Shown one piece after another: positions 50,501-63,201 of a stretch of 64,000 nucleotides of DNA. Position 1 is the first letter of the stretch. The number at the start of each line of letters is the position of its first letter. The notes under the pieces were generated by a model, which worked only from the letters and a program-made list of their open reading frames with translations, was not told the origin of the DNA and did not search any database. This stretch comes from Takakia lepidozioides (Eukaryota > Plantae > Bryophyta). The stretch is taken from positions 5,084,001 through 5,148,000 of the forward strand of contig CM060732.1 of NCBI GenBank assembly GCA_030704615.1. Reading direction: 5' to 3'. The position numbers were made by a program, and so were the translations under genes.

Positions 50501-53500
50501 ACTACCCCGTGGTGTCTCCTTAGCAAATCCCACCATGACCACTCGTTCCTCCACCATGTTGAGCTCTATCCACTCTGCCAGCAAAAACATATTTACTAAG
50601 GTGGGTTGGGCTGCTTGTAGGAGAGTTGCATCCCGCACCCTTCTCCTTAGCTCCTTGTCCAATATCCCATACCAGAATTGGACTGCCTGAGCCTCCGTAA
50701 CCCCTTGGGTTACATTTATCAAGCGCCTCATGCGAGTGAAAGCCTCCCTTAAGCTCTCAATAGGCTTCCGTTGGAACTCTTGCAAGCTCCGTAACTTCTC
50801 TGTCCTCGCCCCTTGGTAGTTCTTTCTCAACTCTTCGAAGAACTCCACAACTGGGTTGAAGGCAGACACGGGTACTGGTGCTGGTGTAGCAGTGGCTTGG
50901 GTGGACGTCGTAGCTTCTGTACCACTAGTCCCACTGCTGCTTGTGGAAGCTGCCGGTGTGGCTGCTGCCCTTGTCCCTCTAGTGCCTCTAGTGATGGAGA
51001 CATAGTGGGTGACCAGTACATCCTCCACTCCTCGATCTCAACATCATGCCCCCTCCTAAACTCATGGTAATCATCCATGGGCGGCCCCTCAAGGTGCTGA
51101 AACAGCCCCTTCCATGCCACAAAAAGCGTAAACAGTTGTGGATTGCGCATTTGCTGCAAGTCACACCAACTATCAAACTCTTGAATGAAATCATCCAACT
51201 CGATGGTGCCCACCGCCCCAGAGTACCTTCGTGGCCCCTTGGTAGCTCCATACATCTCCTCCATTGTGTCCCACAACAATGACAAAGAAGTTTTCTTGCA
51301 CCGCCGGTGTGAGTCCTTCTGATTCACAATCCGAATCAGAACCTTCCGTAGAAGACACAGGAGGTGAAGGTGGCCTAAACCACACACCTCGTCTCGTGTA
51401 CCCGCTAGTATCGCTAGTGCTCGTACCGGCACTCTCCCTAGCAACTAGTGGCACCTCCTTGTTGACAAACTGACACTCAACCGGTCATGAACCTGTCCCT
51501 AACCCCCTCTCCACAAGGTATCCGGGTAGAGAACCTAATGCGGCTTATGATTTGGAATACTAGGTTCCTAATATAGCCTGCACGTGCACCTGCATCCACC
51601 GCAACCCAGCCTCACCATCGACAGCATGCTCTAGGGTTGGATCGACGATCAAGCCCGAGTCAACCACCTATAAAATCAAGCGCCCACACAAAGCTAACAT
51701 GGCGCACAATCAAACATGCCGGTGTGGAGGGGATCCAAACACAAGAATGAAAACAACAACTCCCCCACACCAAAAACAACTCCACAGTGTCGCTCCTGAA
51801 AGGACACCCCAGCCCAAACCCGGACTGACTCTTGCCTCCACCACGGAAAGGTCTCGGCCTACAGAGAAGGTGAAAACCTATGAGGAATGGAAGTAAAGCA
51901 ATGCCTATCCCCAGCACACTCTCATCCCAACACCTTTTTTTTCCTCTCTTCTCTCACTTGTATGACCAGGGAGCATCCTGTAGACACTCCTCAAACTGCC
52001 CTCCACGAGTTTATCAAACTTGGCCTCCAAGGCCCCATGCAAGCCTCCACAGGGTCTGCCAGTGCCTCCTTACGTCCATCAGCCATTCCTCAGAATGGAA
52101 CCACCTCAGGAAACTGCGCCATCCACTGAAGGTTCAAAAATGGAGCAAATAGAGGTACATATAGGCCCCAACAACATTCTGTCCAAAGGAATTACCTGCA
52201 GGCTGGTCTCCCCCATAGTTAAGAATTGGGCTGAAACCCGAAAAGATTACCTGCAGGGAGGTAAACCCCCTTTGTCAAAATGCAACAGGGAGGCAATTCC
52301 GACTTTTCTGCCAGATCAGCTAGCTCAAAACCGTTGTTCTTCAGAGCCCAGCCTCCCCATCAAGGTCCCACGAAACGAGTGAAAAAAGATTTATTTATTT
52401 ATTTATTTATTTTATTTTTCACTCTGCCTGTTCGCGGCCTTCCGTGGCTCTAACCGCCACGACTTCCCACGCTTCCCGGCCACGGCCTGCCATAGGCACG
52501 AACCGGCCCCAAACGCCTCCCGTGATACCCTCGTGGTATCACGACCACGACCCCTCAACGGCCACTACCACGGCTTGGGTTCGTGGCATCCCGTGGCACC
52601 ACGACCACGACACGGCCACGGTCCACGGTCCACGACCACGGCCACTGTTCATGACCACAACCAGGGCTCGTGATATCTCATGATACCGGCACCACGACCC
52701 ATCACGTCACGACCACGGCCACTGTTCATCTGCGTTCCCAGGAACTCGCCACAGTTCCCAAGGCGTTCCCACGCGTTCCCGAGCTCTCCCCGAGCTGGGG
52801 TGTGCTCCTGCACCTACTGCCGATGAGCTATGGCTTCTGCGAAGCCACCAGACCTGCTGCCATGCTCTCTTGGGCTCTCACAGCCCACCAGAGGCGCCCC
52901 CAACTCACCAAACAAGCTCTTGGCTCTCCAACAAACTCTCTTGCTCCATGAAACTCACAAAATGAAGCTGAAAAATACACACATTTGCCACCTTGGTGCA
53001 CTTGCATCTCTCATGCATATTCCCTGGCTCTAGGGCGCCTCGTTGTTGCCCTTCCAGCCCCACTCTTGCCACTCCAAGAGCCCTAGTGCTAGAGTTTCAG
53101 ATTGAAACTTCCAACTCAAGCACATGCTTCACAAGTGCACTGATTTGCACAAAAGAAGAACCAGCCCTCTCGCTTGGTCTGGAACTCTTCCACACCATGA
53201 TCATACCTGCAGATCGTGGGCCCCAAAGCGAGTGCTTTAAGGTCAGCAACCAATGGCCCTCATACCGTTGCCAACCTGCGATGCAATGACGGGTTGTGCT
53301 GCAGTAGCTTCTCCATGCACCGCCCACATTTCTGCAGCTCCTCAACTCAGCCTGCAGCTGAAGAAGACGACCACAATTCGCCCACTCGTGACCAGCATCT
53401 CCTCCGCTTCACACTGAATCGCATACTCAGTTGCCATAGCGTTGAGCTATGCAACACTGACCGCCTCTCTATCCATTTCAAACCTGCAACCTGTTCGCCT

Positions 53501-53953
53501 TCGCATTCTATCCGATTTATATAGGCTCATGCATGGATCCCTGCACTCTAGGTTGAACTGCTTTTCATGATCTGAAAACACAAGTGCTACAACTAACTCG
53601 AACCTGGCACTCACAGACTCGAGCTGATCTTTCTCGAGTGATAAAGAAGAAGAATACAAGCACACAAGCTCTCTCAAACTCACACACTTGCACATGAAAA
53701 CATCACTCATATATTAAGTCGAGCCAAGTGCGCCCCATGCCATGGGGAATCCACACTACAGCGCCATAGCTAGACGCAGTGAGGCTCAATTCGAGAAAGA
53801 TGAGCCCACCGCGATCTGCCGTGAAGATAACCACGTCAGGTGCCCAAACATATATTGGCCCCTGGATTGACACTTGGGTCAATCCCAAATGTCAATATAT
53901 AAAAGCTAACTATTTCCTAGCTAACTTCACACTAGTGGTAAAATAACTTAACA
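47532..53953 (-). mobile_element. Non-autonomous gag-protease (gypsy-like) retroelement with split direct repeats
   Basis: Repeat A at 47532-47761 and 48079-48374; repeat B at 47763-48076 and 53639-53953. PPT complement CGCCCCCCTAG at 48377-48387. Imperfect 4-bp TSD ATAA / AGAA restores TTCAGAATGACAT, as seen in the paralogue at ~31397. Confidence 0.8.
48720..51454 (-). pseudogene. Gag (two CCHC knuckles) and aspartic protease, frameshifted; no RT/RNase H/integrase
   Basis: LQEFQRKPIESLREAFTRMRRL, CWTCGGPHVKKDC, CGHCGKYGHGEAQC and VRVLLDSGTQPL. Confidence 0.85.
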
Positions 53954-54376
53954 AGAATGACATCTAATAACCTGACGTGCATTCACCTTTTTGCCTCGGT
54001 TGTCCTATCAAAGAAAAGTATTCCTTCCACAACTTCTCCTCAATTATGCTACCTATTTTTGGATACTTTCCGGTTGTAACATTGGCAGTATCATGTCAAA
54101 GTCACTCCAAACTAGATTCACTCAACCAGCTAACTTGAAGAATTCAACATGGAAATTTAGGGCCGATTCTGATACGGGGAAAAACAGGGTAAAATGTGTT
54201 GAAGAAGGTGTCGTCATTAACAGTGTCTGATTTTATCAATTGTGCCGCTGCTGCTGCGGCTTCCAATTGACCATCTACCCATGCAGGTTTCTTGTAGCGA
54301 TTGATCCACAGGGTTTGGATGAATCAGGACCCACACTCTATCCCTGGTCCTTCAGCTATCCATGCCTCTGCACAAA
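53954..54376 (-). pseudogene. PDF-motif gene fragment (continues at 63202 after the CACTA)
   Basis: Similar to 30600-31200 (YKKPAWVDGQLEAAAAAAQLIKS). Joining 54376 to 63205 restores CTCTGCACAAATCATGCATACATCC, like 30721-30746. Confidence 0.8.
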
Positions 54377-55199
54377 CACTACAAGAGATGAGCGTTTTTA
54401 GGACTACGGGTTTGGCGGAGTCATAAAAACTGCACTAGGTATATGACTACAGAGCGCTGAAATGCATTACAGTTTTAGTTTTATGACTTTGTAGTAATGG
54501 ATATCACTACATGACTCCGGAAAGTTAGGGAGCATTGGTCAAACATTGTTGACCATGATGACAGGGATGGTTTATATGACTAGTGTGATATGTTTGACTA
54601 CACGTGGACGACGTTTCATGGAATCTTATGACTCCATGACTGAAGATGGTTTCAGAGCTCTATTTATACGACTACATCACTACACGTGTCATTTTGAAGG
54701 CACATATAATGCAAATAAGGTTGCCCATTAGGTTTAAAAAAGTTAAAAAAATTGCTAATAAGGTTGCCCATTAGTGTAATCGTGAACAGAAAGGAGGGCT
54801 GGGACTTGGCGTCTTTTTGTCTCCTGCGCCACACCACATAGCTGAGGGATGGAACGCGATGATAGTAGGATATGCAGGGCCGTGGGATGGAGGCGTTGAG
54901 CAAATGATGCACGAAGGAGAAGAGGAGGAGACGAGACGAGGACAAGCGAGCTCGCCGTTCTTGGGAGAGTCAGCTTGGTCTTAGCAAGCGTGTTTCAATC
55001 TCTGACTACTCATCTACACCGTAGTGGTTCGATCTGACAGACCAATCCAACATTACCTGACTACATACACAAGCAGCACACACAAGAGGTCATCGGTCAA
55101 ATCCTCCATGGGTCAGGACAGGTCAAGGACAATGTGCTAGGGCACCTTCTTCTTCAACCTATTTCAGCCTGTGTTGCCCTCTCATCAGACTCGGCCGCA

Positions 55200-55660
55200 A
55201 GATGCATATTGAATTCTGTAAGTTAGGTCGTTGGGTACATCTGTGGTGGTTTGGAGTGACTTTGGCAAGTTACTGCCAGTGTGGCAGCAGGGAAGTATCC
55301 AAAAACATATAATAGAGGTGAGGAGAAGCTTTGGGGTGAACACTTTCCGACCCCAATGGTGGGACAATGGAGAAAAAAAGGTGAATGCCTGTTGGACTAC
55401 AGAGAGAAGCAGATGCATTTCAGATTGTGATAAGTAGGGTTGGGGTGTTTTGGGGAAGAACTCCACACCAGTATGGTTGGGGTGTTTGCTGGTAGAATTG
55501 TAGGTTGTCAGAGGCATGGATAGCTGAAGGAGCAGGGATAGAGTGTGGGTCCACATTCATCCAAGAGGGCTGGATTTCAAGCTCCACATTACCTATGATT
55601 CCCTGTGGAAGGATAGGTACAAGAAACCTACATGGGTAGATGGTCAACTGGAAGCGGCAT
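55200..55660 (+). pseudogene. Captured PDF-motif fragment inside the CACTA
   Basis: PQWWDNGEKKVNA and IHPRGLDFKLHITYDSLWKDRYKKPTWVDGQLEAA; inverted homologue of the flanking host DNA. Confidence 0.8.
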
Positions 55661-55681
55661 GCTGTACTATATGTCATTACT

Positions 55682-56950
55682 GTACTATATGTCATTCCAG
55701 AGACTGTCATTGTTGGTCCATGTGTTTTACAACAATGCTATCAATATAAGATTCCCGGTTCGCATTGGAAGCTCAATCCCTGCAAGTTCATTGTGTGTGA
55801 AGCTCAAACTTGCGATTTGAAGGATCTTGTAGCCAAGTTCATTCAACCGGAAAGGAGAAATTCTGAAAGCTCCCAAATTTGATGTGGGCAAGCTTATGGA
55901 GGTATGACTTAGCTTCCCTCCTCTAATGTAAATGTTGGATAAGTTTCATTTAGTGTCGACCTTCACTGCATATATTGGCTCTTTTCTTGGCTGGTTTCAT
56001 ATTTTCTTGGCTGGTATGCTGTTGGTTGGCTTCTTTCATTTCACGTGTGTAGTGGAAGGGGAGAAGTACTTTCCTAAGTTCTGCTGCAACAAAGTCTTTT
56101 TCCAGCCTAGATGTTTTCGATGGATACAAATTGAAGTGCTTTGAATGTTGCTGCAATACTATAATAAAGTGGAGGGTGCTGAATGCAGTTGGCCTTGCTT
56201 CGTGCAGGCATAATCCAGGGAAATGTGGACATAGCTGAAACCCCATGATAGCATTTCCAGAGGACGGTGTGGATGGCCTCACAATCCAGCATGCAAAATC
56301 CATGACAATGTGGAGCTGGCTGAATGGGCAAACAGGTTAAGTGGCGAACAAGCCACGTCACTGGTACATAGTTGCATGCTTACATAGTACATGAAAGCGT
56401 ACTATATGTCATTCCCAAAATTGACCATGTTGGTCCATGTATTTTACAACAATGCTATCAATAAAAGACCAATGGTTCGCATTGGAAACTCTATCCCCGT
56501 AAGTGGCTTGTGCGTGATGCTCAAACTTGTGATTTGAAGGATCTCATACCCCAGTTCATTGCAGAGGTCATTGGAAAAGACATTGAGAAGGCAACAGCCG
56601 TTATCTATAATCTACAGATCCCCTTCAATTTGATGTGGGAAAGCCGGCTGGCTGGAGGTCTAGTCTCACTTTCACTCATCTAATGTCAGTGTTGTATCCA
56701 TTGCAATGTGGAGATGTTTGAAACAACATTGGAGCATTTCCAGAGGATGGTCTGGATGGCCTTTCGTGGCGTGTGCCGAATCCATGGCAAGAAAACATTG
56801 CAGGCAAAACCCATGGCAATGGTACCAGCACGGGTTGGTCCAAAGCCAATTGCAACAACAAATGAATAAAGGGTGCTGAAAGGAAAGCACTCCATAATTG
56901 ATCATAAAATCCAGTGTCCAAGCATGATATCTTAATGGGAATGCGAAGGG
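55682..56950. repeat. Diverged tandem duplication, ~715-bp unit
   Basis: GTACTATATGTCATTCC...GTTGGTCCATGT.TTTTACAACAATGCTATCAATA...GCTCAAACTTG.GATTTGAAGGATCT at ~55682 and ~56399. AGCATTTCCAGAGGA.GGT.TGGATGGCCT at ~56250 and ~56733. Confidence 0.8.
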
Positions 56951-57011
56951 AGTGTTACCACCTTAAACTATCATGCATGGTCTATAACTGGAGTGCACAA
57001 ATCGCGCATAT

Positions 57012-58400
57012 CTAATCTTCATCATCCTTATCTATGTCTGGCTCACTACATGTATCACTGTCTTCATCACAGACTTCATCTTCTCCAAGGGTTGGCTGAA
57101 CATCATCACCACGTATACGGGGTGCTCGGAGGTACAAGGAGGCCACCTGCTCTGGAGTAACCGGTACCGCTCGGCTGCATGTTGGGCCATCAGTAACCAC
57201 ACTCTCCTCTAGTCTTTGTGGGGCTAACAATCCTTCCACTTCCGCCACATCATCATTATCAATTGATATGTCGCAGACCACTCTACGTGCTCGAGGGCTC
57301 TTCTCCAGGACGACTTTCCACCCCGGCTCCTTCACACAATCAGAAAAAAACACTTGATCAACCTGGCCAGGAAACACAAAAGGTTGCTCAGAAGGTGGAA
57401 GCATACGGTTAAAATTGACAAGTGTGAAGCCAGCATCATCCTGCTTCATTGACATAGATTGACGACCCACACGACTCGCCCGTACCCACGAACACAAAAA
57501 CACTATAGGTTGTGTTTGGCCATAGTCAATTTGCAAAATCTCCCTTATAAGACCCACATATCTTGTAGGTTCCTCCATGTCATTGCCTGAATTGTTGGTA
57601 ATGGGCTGGTGCTGGAAAACAGATGAGACTCCACAATCAAAAGACACCATACTTGTTGTGTTCATGCCGGGGGATGTAACCCTGTAATGGTTACCATACG
57701 TTGTTATACTCTTGAATGACAGGGCAGTAAATAATGGAGGCCTTGAAAGATCCAGTAATTCCTCACGTGTTGTAGGATCAAGCCCATCTGATTGAATTGA
57801 GAGATGATCCCGTACACCTTGAGGGAGCCAAACAGCAAATGGAGGACAAGGATGCAAATTAGGAGGGTACTGAATTGCCGTGGGATTGCTCATGCCTTCC
57901 AGCCCTTGCTCCTCACGAAACAAGCGTCGTCTGGCTTCTATCCGTGTGGACTCTGCTTCATATATCCTGTCACAATCCGAGGGTCAGCCAGGAGATCAAC
58001 AGAGGTGGCGTGGGAGATTTGAAAAGACGCCATATGCCAACTAATGATAAATGACTAAAACTTGGAAATATGAATGTCAATGAAGTAGATTTCTTACCCC
58101 AACATGACTGATAGACGAGGATGGTTCTGAATGATGTACTCATGTACAATATCACACAGGTCATTCAATTTTCGGGCTTTAGAACTTCCTTCCACAACTT
58201 CACGTTCCACAGATTCTGCCTCATCTGCATCCCACACCTGTATCTGCACCTGCATCCACTGCAAGCACTCATATGGTCTGCTGGTCATCAACCCAGCCTC
58301 ACCATAAGGATACCAATTTGAAGAAGCATTGGGTTTTTGCACAGAGTATATGGCAGGATTTGATGGAAGTGTACGAAGGGAGTTCAAATTCTTTGCCCCA
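57012..58400 (-). pseudogene. CACTA TnpD-type transposase C-terminal part (DUF4216-like), 5'-truncated
   Basis: VHEYIIQNHP; YGNHYRV...DCGV...YVGLIREILQIDY...VFLCSWV...DDAGFTLVNF...EQPFVFPGQVDQVFF....PGWKVV. Confidence 0.88.
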
Positions 58401-58772
58401 TGAAACCAACGTCCTGGTACTAAGCTACAATGGCTACTTATAGAGATACTTGGGTTACTTATGCACCCAGAATATCAGTAAAACTTGGAGGGATACTTCT
58501 CATGGACCCATCAGGTTTGTCCATTTGAATTCTTGCTATGGATTTCAGGAACACCCCATACCTAAGAGGGCTCAAAAATGTACTGGGAGGACATCATTGG
58601 GGCCAATCAAATTTGGGAGATTTACTGCCCAAGATCATACTGAGTTTTGGGTAATCTTGTCCTTACAAATGATATGTGCTTCCAGTTTGTTTTGCCTGAA
58701 TTCAAGGATTTGCTGCTTGCTGCCTATATGTATGTGTAATCACCCACATTGTACTGGGGGAATTTCTTTTCA

Positions 58773-61700
58773 GGGCAAGCACAAGCGCACTGGATCCACG
58801 ATCCCTGCTGCTAGCAATGGAGATGGCGCCCACAAGAATGCAGGAGGTGGCCCTAACTCTCCCAACGTTATGGGTTCTGTGCCACCAGTACCCCCACCTT
58901 ATTATGGTATGCCTCAGTACCCACAGTCTGGCACTCAGTATGGTCAGGGTCAATATGGTGCTCCTCCATATGGGCAGTATGGGCAGTATCCTCCTCCACC
59001 ATATTTGCCACCCCCTAATAGCTATGGGGGTGGCAGGCCACCGGAATATCCTCCTGCTTATGGACAGTATGGCCAGTATGGTCCTCGGCCTTCGGGCCAA
59101 CAACCATGGCCACCAGTCCCTACTTGGCAGGATCCTGCTTTGAATTCTCCTGAGCGCACGGAGGTCTCTGAAGGAGGGGAGGGTGCCGTTTCAAAGAATG
59201 ATAGAACCAATGCTTTAAGGAGGGCTAATAGCTCAGCCAAAATTGAAGCTGCCAAGGTCAAGGAAGAGAGAATAGCTACAGGTCTTCCTCCCACGGTGAT
59301 TTTGACGAACCTCAAAGGAGCCCCGTATGGTCAGACCCGGAATGTATGGCACGCTGCCCTTAAAGGACAGGCTTATCGCAAGCTAGATTGTTCCCTTGCC
59401 ATCAACAACCAACCTGATGAAGTTGTATACGAAATCAGAGATCACCTGGCTAAGCTATTTTCATATACGCCGCACGAGTTAAAAGACTTCCACCTAAAAC
59501 AAACAATTGGCAGAATAATGAAGAGCCAGCGTTATGAAGCACACACTGCGTGGTTGGGTGGTAAGGGGAAACCCATTACTGTATCTGACGAGGTTTGGAA
59601 CAAGCTTGTAAGTTACTGGCAGACAGAGGTGTTCCACAAAGTGTCGGGCAACATGAAGAAGGCAAATGGTGCAATTCTGAATCCTACCAAGACTGGCCGT
59701 GGTGGGGAGGCAATGGTGGAAGCACGCTTGGTAAGTGGCATCATCACGACTCTGTATTTTGTTCCTCATTGAATTGCTATGTGTATATAGTCAGCCCTCA
59801 CATTGCTTACTGACTTGTGGCATGGGTTTGTTTGTGGCATGGATTAATTTGTAGGAAACACTATCAGGGTGCCCTCCTACATTATATGAAATTCAAGAGG
59901 GTTCAGTGTCACGGTTGTCAGCTGGGAGTGACAGGCGGGTAAGTGTGTTTTCCACGTTTGCTAGAGTGGTTGCTGCATCATAGGTTGCTAGGGTTTTTTT
60001 CATGGCTTTTGGCCTGGGTTTTCTTTCCAATGGTTGTTCATGCTAGGTTTTTTTGGTTTGATTCATACTTGGGCAAGTTTTCATGGATTGGCAGGAGGGA
60101 AGTCTCGCATATTCTACAGTAGTTGGCAGGATGGATGGCTTGGACAAACAGGTGGAATCACAAGGACGTGACATGGCAGAATTAAAATTACAGATGCAGA
60201 GTATGATTGAGTACCAGAAAGCCATTGTGACCAAATTGGGGATTAATCTACCAGGCGCAGGACCAGTGACATCTACGATGGATATGTCTGCTGTGACAGT
60301 ATCAAAATGTTTGGAATCCCAATTTCAGACGGTAACTGGTGCTCACTCTAAGCCCTTATGTCTTCCTGTCACTGATGATCTTTTGAATTTGACCGAGCAG
60401 CAGCAGGATACAGGGAAGGCCAGCTGTGAGGTACACGTGGAAATTCAGCCCTTGCCACGTACAAAGGCAGTAACAGTCCAGGGGGCAATGGTGACAGAGC
60501 CGCCGGGCACACCGGATTCTGGTATGCAGGTATGTGGGAGTTTAGATGGGGAGGAAGATGCAGACGGGGACAAAACAAACAAGCAGGTTGCTTTAATTTC
60601 TCCTGCTCACATGTTGAAGCCAAATGTCAGTTTACTTCCTGGACCAACGAGGAAGCATTTACTAATTCTGGACTTAAATGGTCTGTTATGTGAATCTTTT
60701 CATTCTGCTAATGGGCCTGCATCCCTTCCCAAAGGTTTTGTGGGGAAGATGTGTGGCAAGAAGATGGTAGTTTTGAGACCACGCTGTTATGACTTTTTGC
60801 AAAAGTGTTTTAAACACTTTGAGGTGGCGGTGTGGTCTTGTTGCCAAGCTCGCAACTTCTTCCCAATGGTGGACTATATTTTTGCAGCCCACACTAACCT
60901 GGTTTTCCAGTGGGATGCCCTTCACTGTGACGAGGATCCAGTCCTCCCATGCCATAAGGGGTCTGATTCAAAGCCATTATATTTCAAGAACTTGTCTACA
61001 GTGTGGGCAGACTGGCCAGAATGGACTTATGAGGACACTGTTCTTGTTGACGACACACCAAGAAAGGCGGCAAACAATCCTCCCTTCAGTGGGATTTTTC
61101 CAGAGCCATGGAAGGTGCAACCAGATTCACCAACTGATGAGTATCTAACAGAGGTGTTGTGGCCTTTCTTGTGGAAGGCATCGAAAGCTGCCAGTATTCC
61201 CAAGTTTTTGGAGTCTCAACCTGTTTTCGGACAACAACCATACAACACTGCTACTGTGAAGGTACAAACATTCTGACAGTGCTCCAGAGGCTACATTTTT
61301 GTGGATTCATTCATTGCATTGCTTTCCTGGATGCTTCTCCTCGGTTGTTTGATTAATGCTAGGTTTTCTTTGCAGCTTTTTATGTTGGCTTTTTTTGTTT
61401 GATTCATACTTGGATTTTGTTTCTATTCACTATTCATGTTTGCTCATTGCTTTCCTGGTTGATCTCTGGTCTGTGACACAGGAACTTGTGACAAACAAAG
61501 GTGATATTGTCGACAAGCCGGTACAGACGAGGGGCAAGAGTGTCGACCCGGCGAGTAGCCCCCAAAAGAGGTCTCACCACCACTGGAGACTGCAAATGGA
61601 GTAAGTCCAGGCCATTGTCTTGTCTGTTATATTTTTTCCAACCTTGGGGCTCTCTTTAACTCGCAAATGTTGAGTGTCCTAGTCGTGTGTATGTCATGGG

Positions 61701-62024
61701 TTTTCACATCGTGTTCTTTTTTGTGTGGAGTTGGGATCACAGTTCAGGGTGGGTGACGAGGTTCGGCTGTTGGATGTGAACTCCAAACGCAAGAAATGTG
61801 GAGTAGGGCTGATTGTTGCTCTTCAAGGTGCTGTGGTGGGTTACGGGTACCCTGCTGTGCCCCTTGATTATGCCTATGTGTACATCAAAGAGGCATGTGT
61901 TAGTAACACCCCTCTACCATATGTGAATGGTGTTAGGAAACAGACCGAGTTGGGGCAGGTGGTTGGCCAGACAACACTTTGGAGTCTAAAGTTACTGAAA
62001 CTTATGGAGCTGCGGAAGGGATAG
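58773..62024 (+). CDS. CACTA TnpA-like accessory gene: Pro/Tyr/Gly-rich region, PTTA-like domain, FCP1/NIF HAD-phosphatase-like domain, C-terminal Tnp1-like domain (multi-exon, integrity uncertain)
   Basis: WNKLVSYWQTEVFHKVSGNMKKAN..GRGG (PTTA-like). LLILDLNGLL..LRPRCYDFLQKCFKHFEVAVWS..YFKNLSTVW..TVLVDDTPRKAANNP (FCP1-like). VPLDYAYVYIKEA....PLPY....LGQVVGQTTLW at the C-terminus. Confidence 0.7.
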
Positions 62025-63201
62025 TCAGTATTGCACTGTTTAACAGACTTATTGATTCTAATAGCACTAGAACATACTAGCTACAATAATTCAGCCCATG
62101 TGTGGGCTTGCTTGTTTTTGGCTGGGCCTTTTGAGGCATGGATTTTTTGACCTTGTGGCTTTTGAGGTGTCCATTGGGATATTGGTCTCATTTGGATTTT
62201 TGTAATGTGATTTATAGGGCTTGTATTGCCCTGTAGTTGACTATTTTCATTCTCCTTGTGGTTGATAGTATGCAGGAGGGATCCATTCTGTTTTCATGTT
62301 GGAATTTCACCATGTAATGAAGATTTTAAATCATTTAATTCACTTTCATTTTAAATAATAATATTAAAAATAATACCATTAAAAAAAAATCCAAGGCTGC
62401 AATCTCCCTGTTCTTTTAAATATTAAATGAAAACTAAAAATTAAAATATGAACATTTAAAATATAAACTATTTCGGAAAACAATCTTGATGACACGTGGC
62501 ATCACTCTTGCTCAAACCAGAACACGTGGCAGTATATGACACGACATTCTTTATCCATATTTTCACCACGTGTAAAGATCCGTAGTCATATATGCTAGTC
62601 ATATATTTTGTCTGTGTGCCACATGTCACATCTCAAGTGCAACAGGTGTCCCGCTAATATCTCTCCATGTAGACATCCCTGTAGTCATATGAGCGAGTCA
62701 TGTAGTCACCATGTGTGAAATCTGCCATAGCACACGTGTCTCGCTAGCGCCTCTCCATGTAGGCATCAATGTGCAGACATGTAGTCATATGATCATGGCA
62801 AGAAGTCGTGACATGTCAAATTCGCAGTGGCGCACGTGTCCATCCGTCGCCTCTCCATGTAGGCATCACTTTGCAGACATATAGTCATATGATCCCCTGA
62901 CGAATGCATGACGTGTCGCTTGCGCAGTGGCACACGTGTCCCGCTGAAGCCTCTCCATGTAGGCAGCGCTCAACAGACAATGTAGTCATATATTAGTCAT
63001 ATAGTTGTGACTGCAACCCTCTCTGCAGCAGGACTCCAGGTGCCACGCAAGCAGTCATGGATATGACTTGCAAAACGCAGTCCTAAAGACTAGTTGCTAT
63101 GACAGGGTTTTTTTCACTACAGAGTGATGTAGTCATGAACGCATATAAGACTGAAAAAATAGTCATATGTGAAGTCATAAAAACGCTCATCTGTTGTAGT
63201 G

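Larger units (their letters stand above)
54377..63201. mobile_element. CACTA (En/Spm) element, 8.8 kb, internally deleted
   Basis: 24-bp TIR CACTACAAGAGATGAGCGTTTTTA (23/24 match at 63178-63201) with TSD AAA (54374-54376 / 63202-63204). Subterminal GTAGTCAT motifs and ~120-bp repeats at 62580-63190. Confidence 0.95.
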
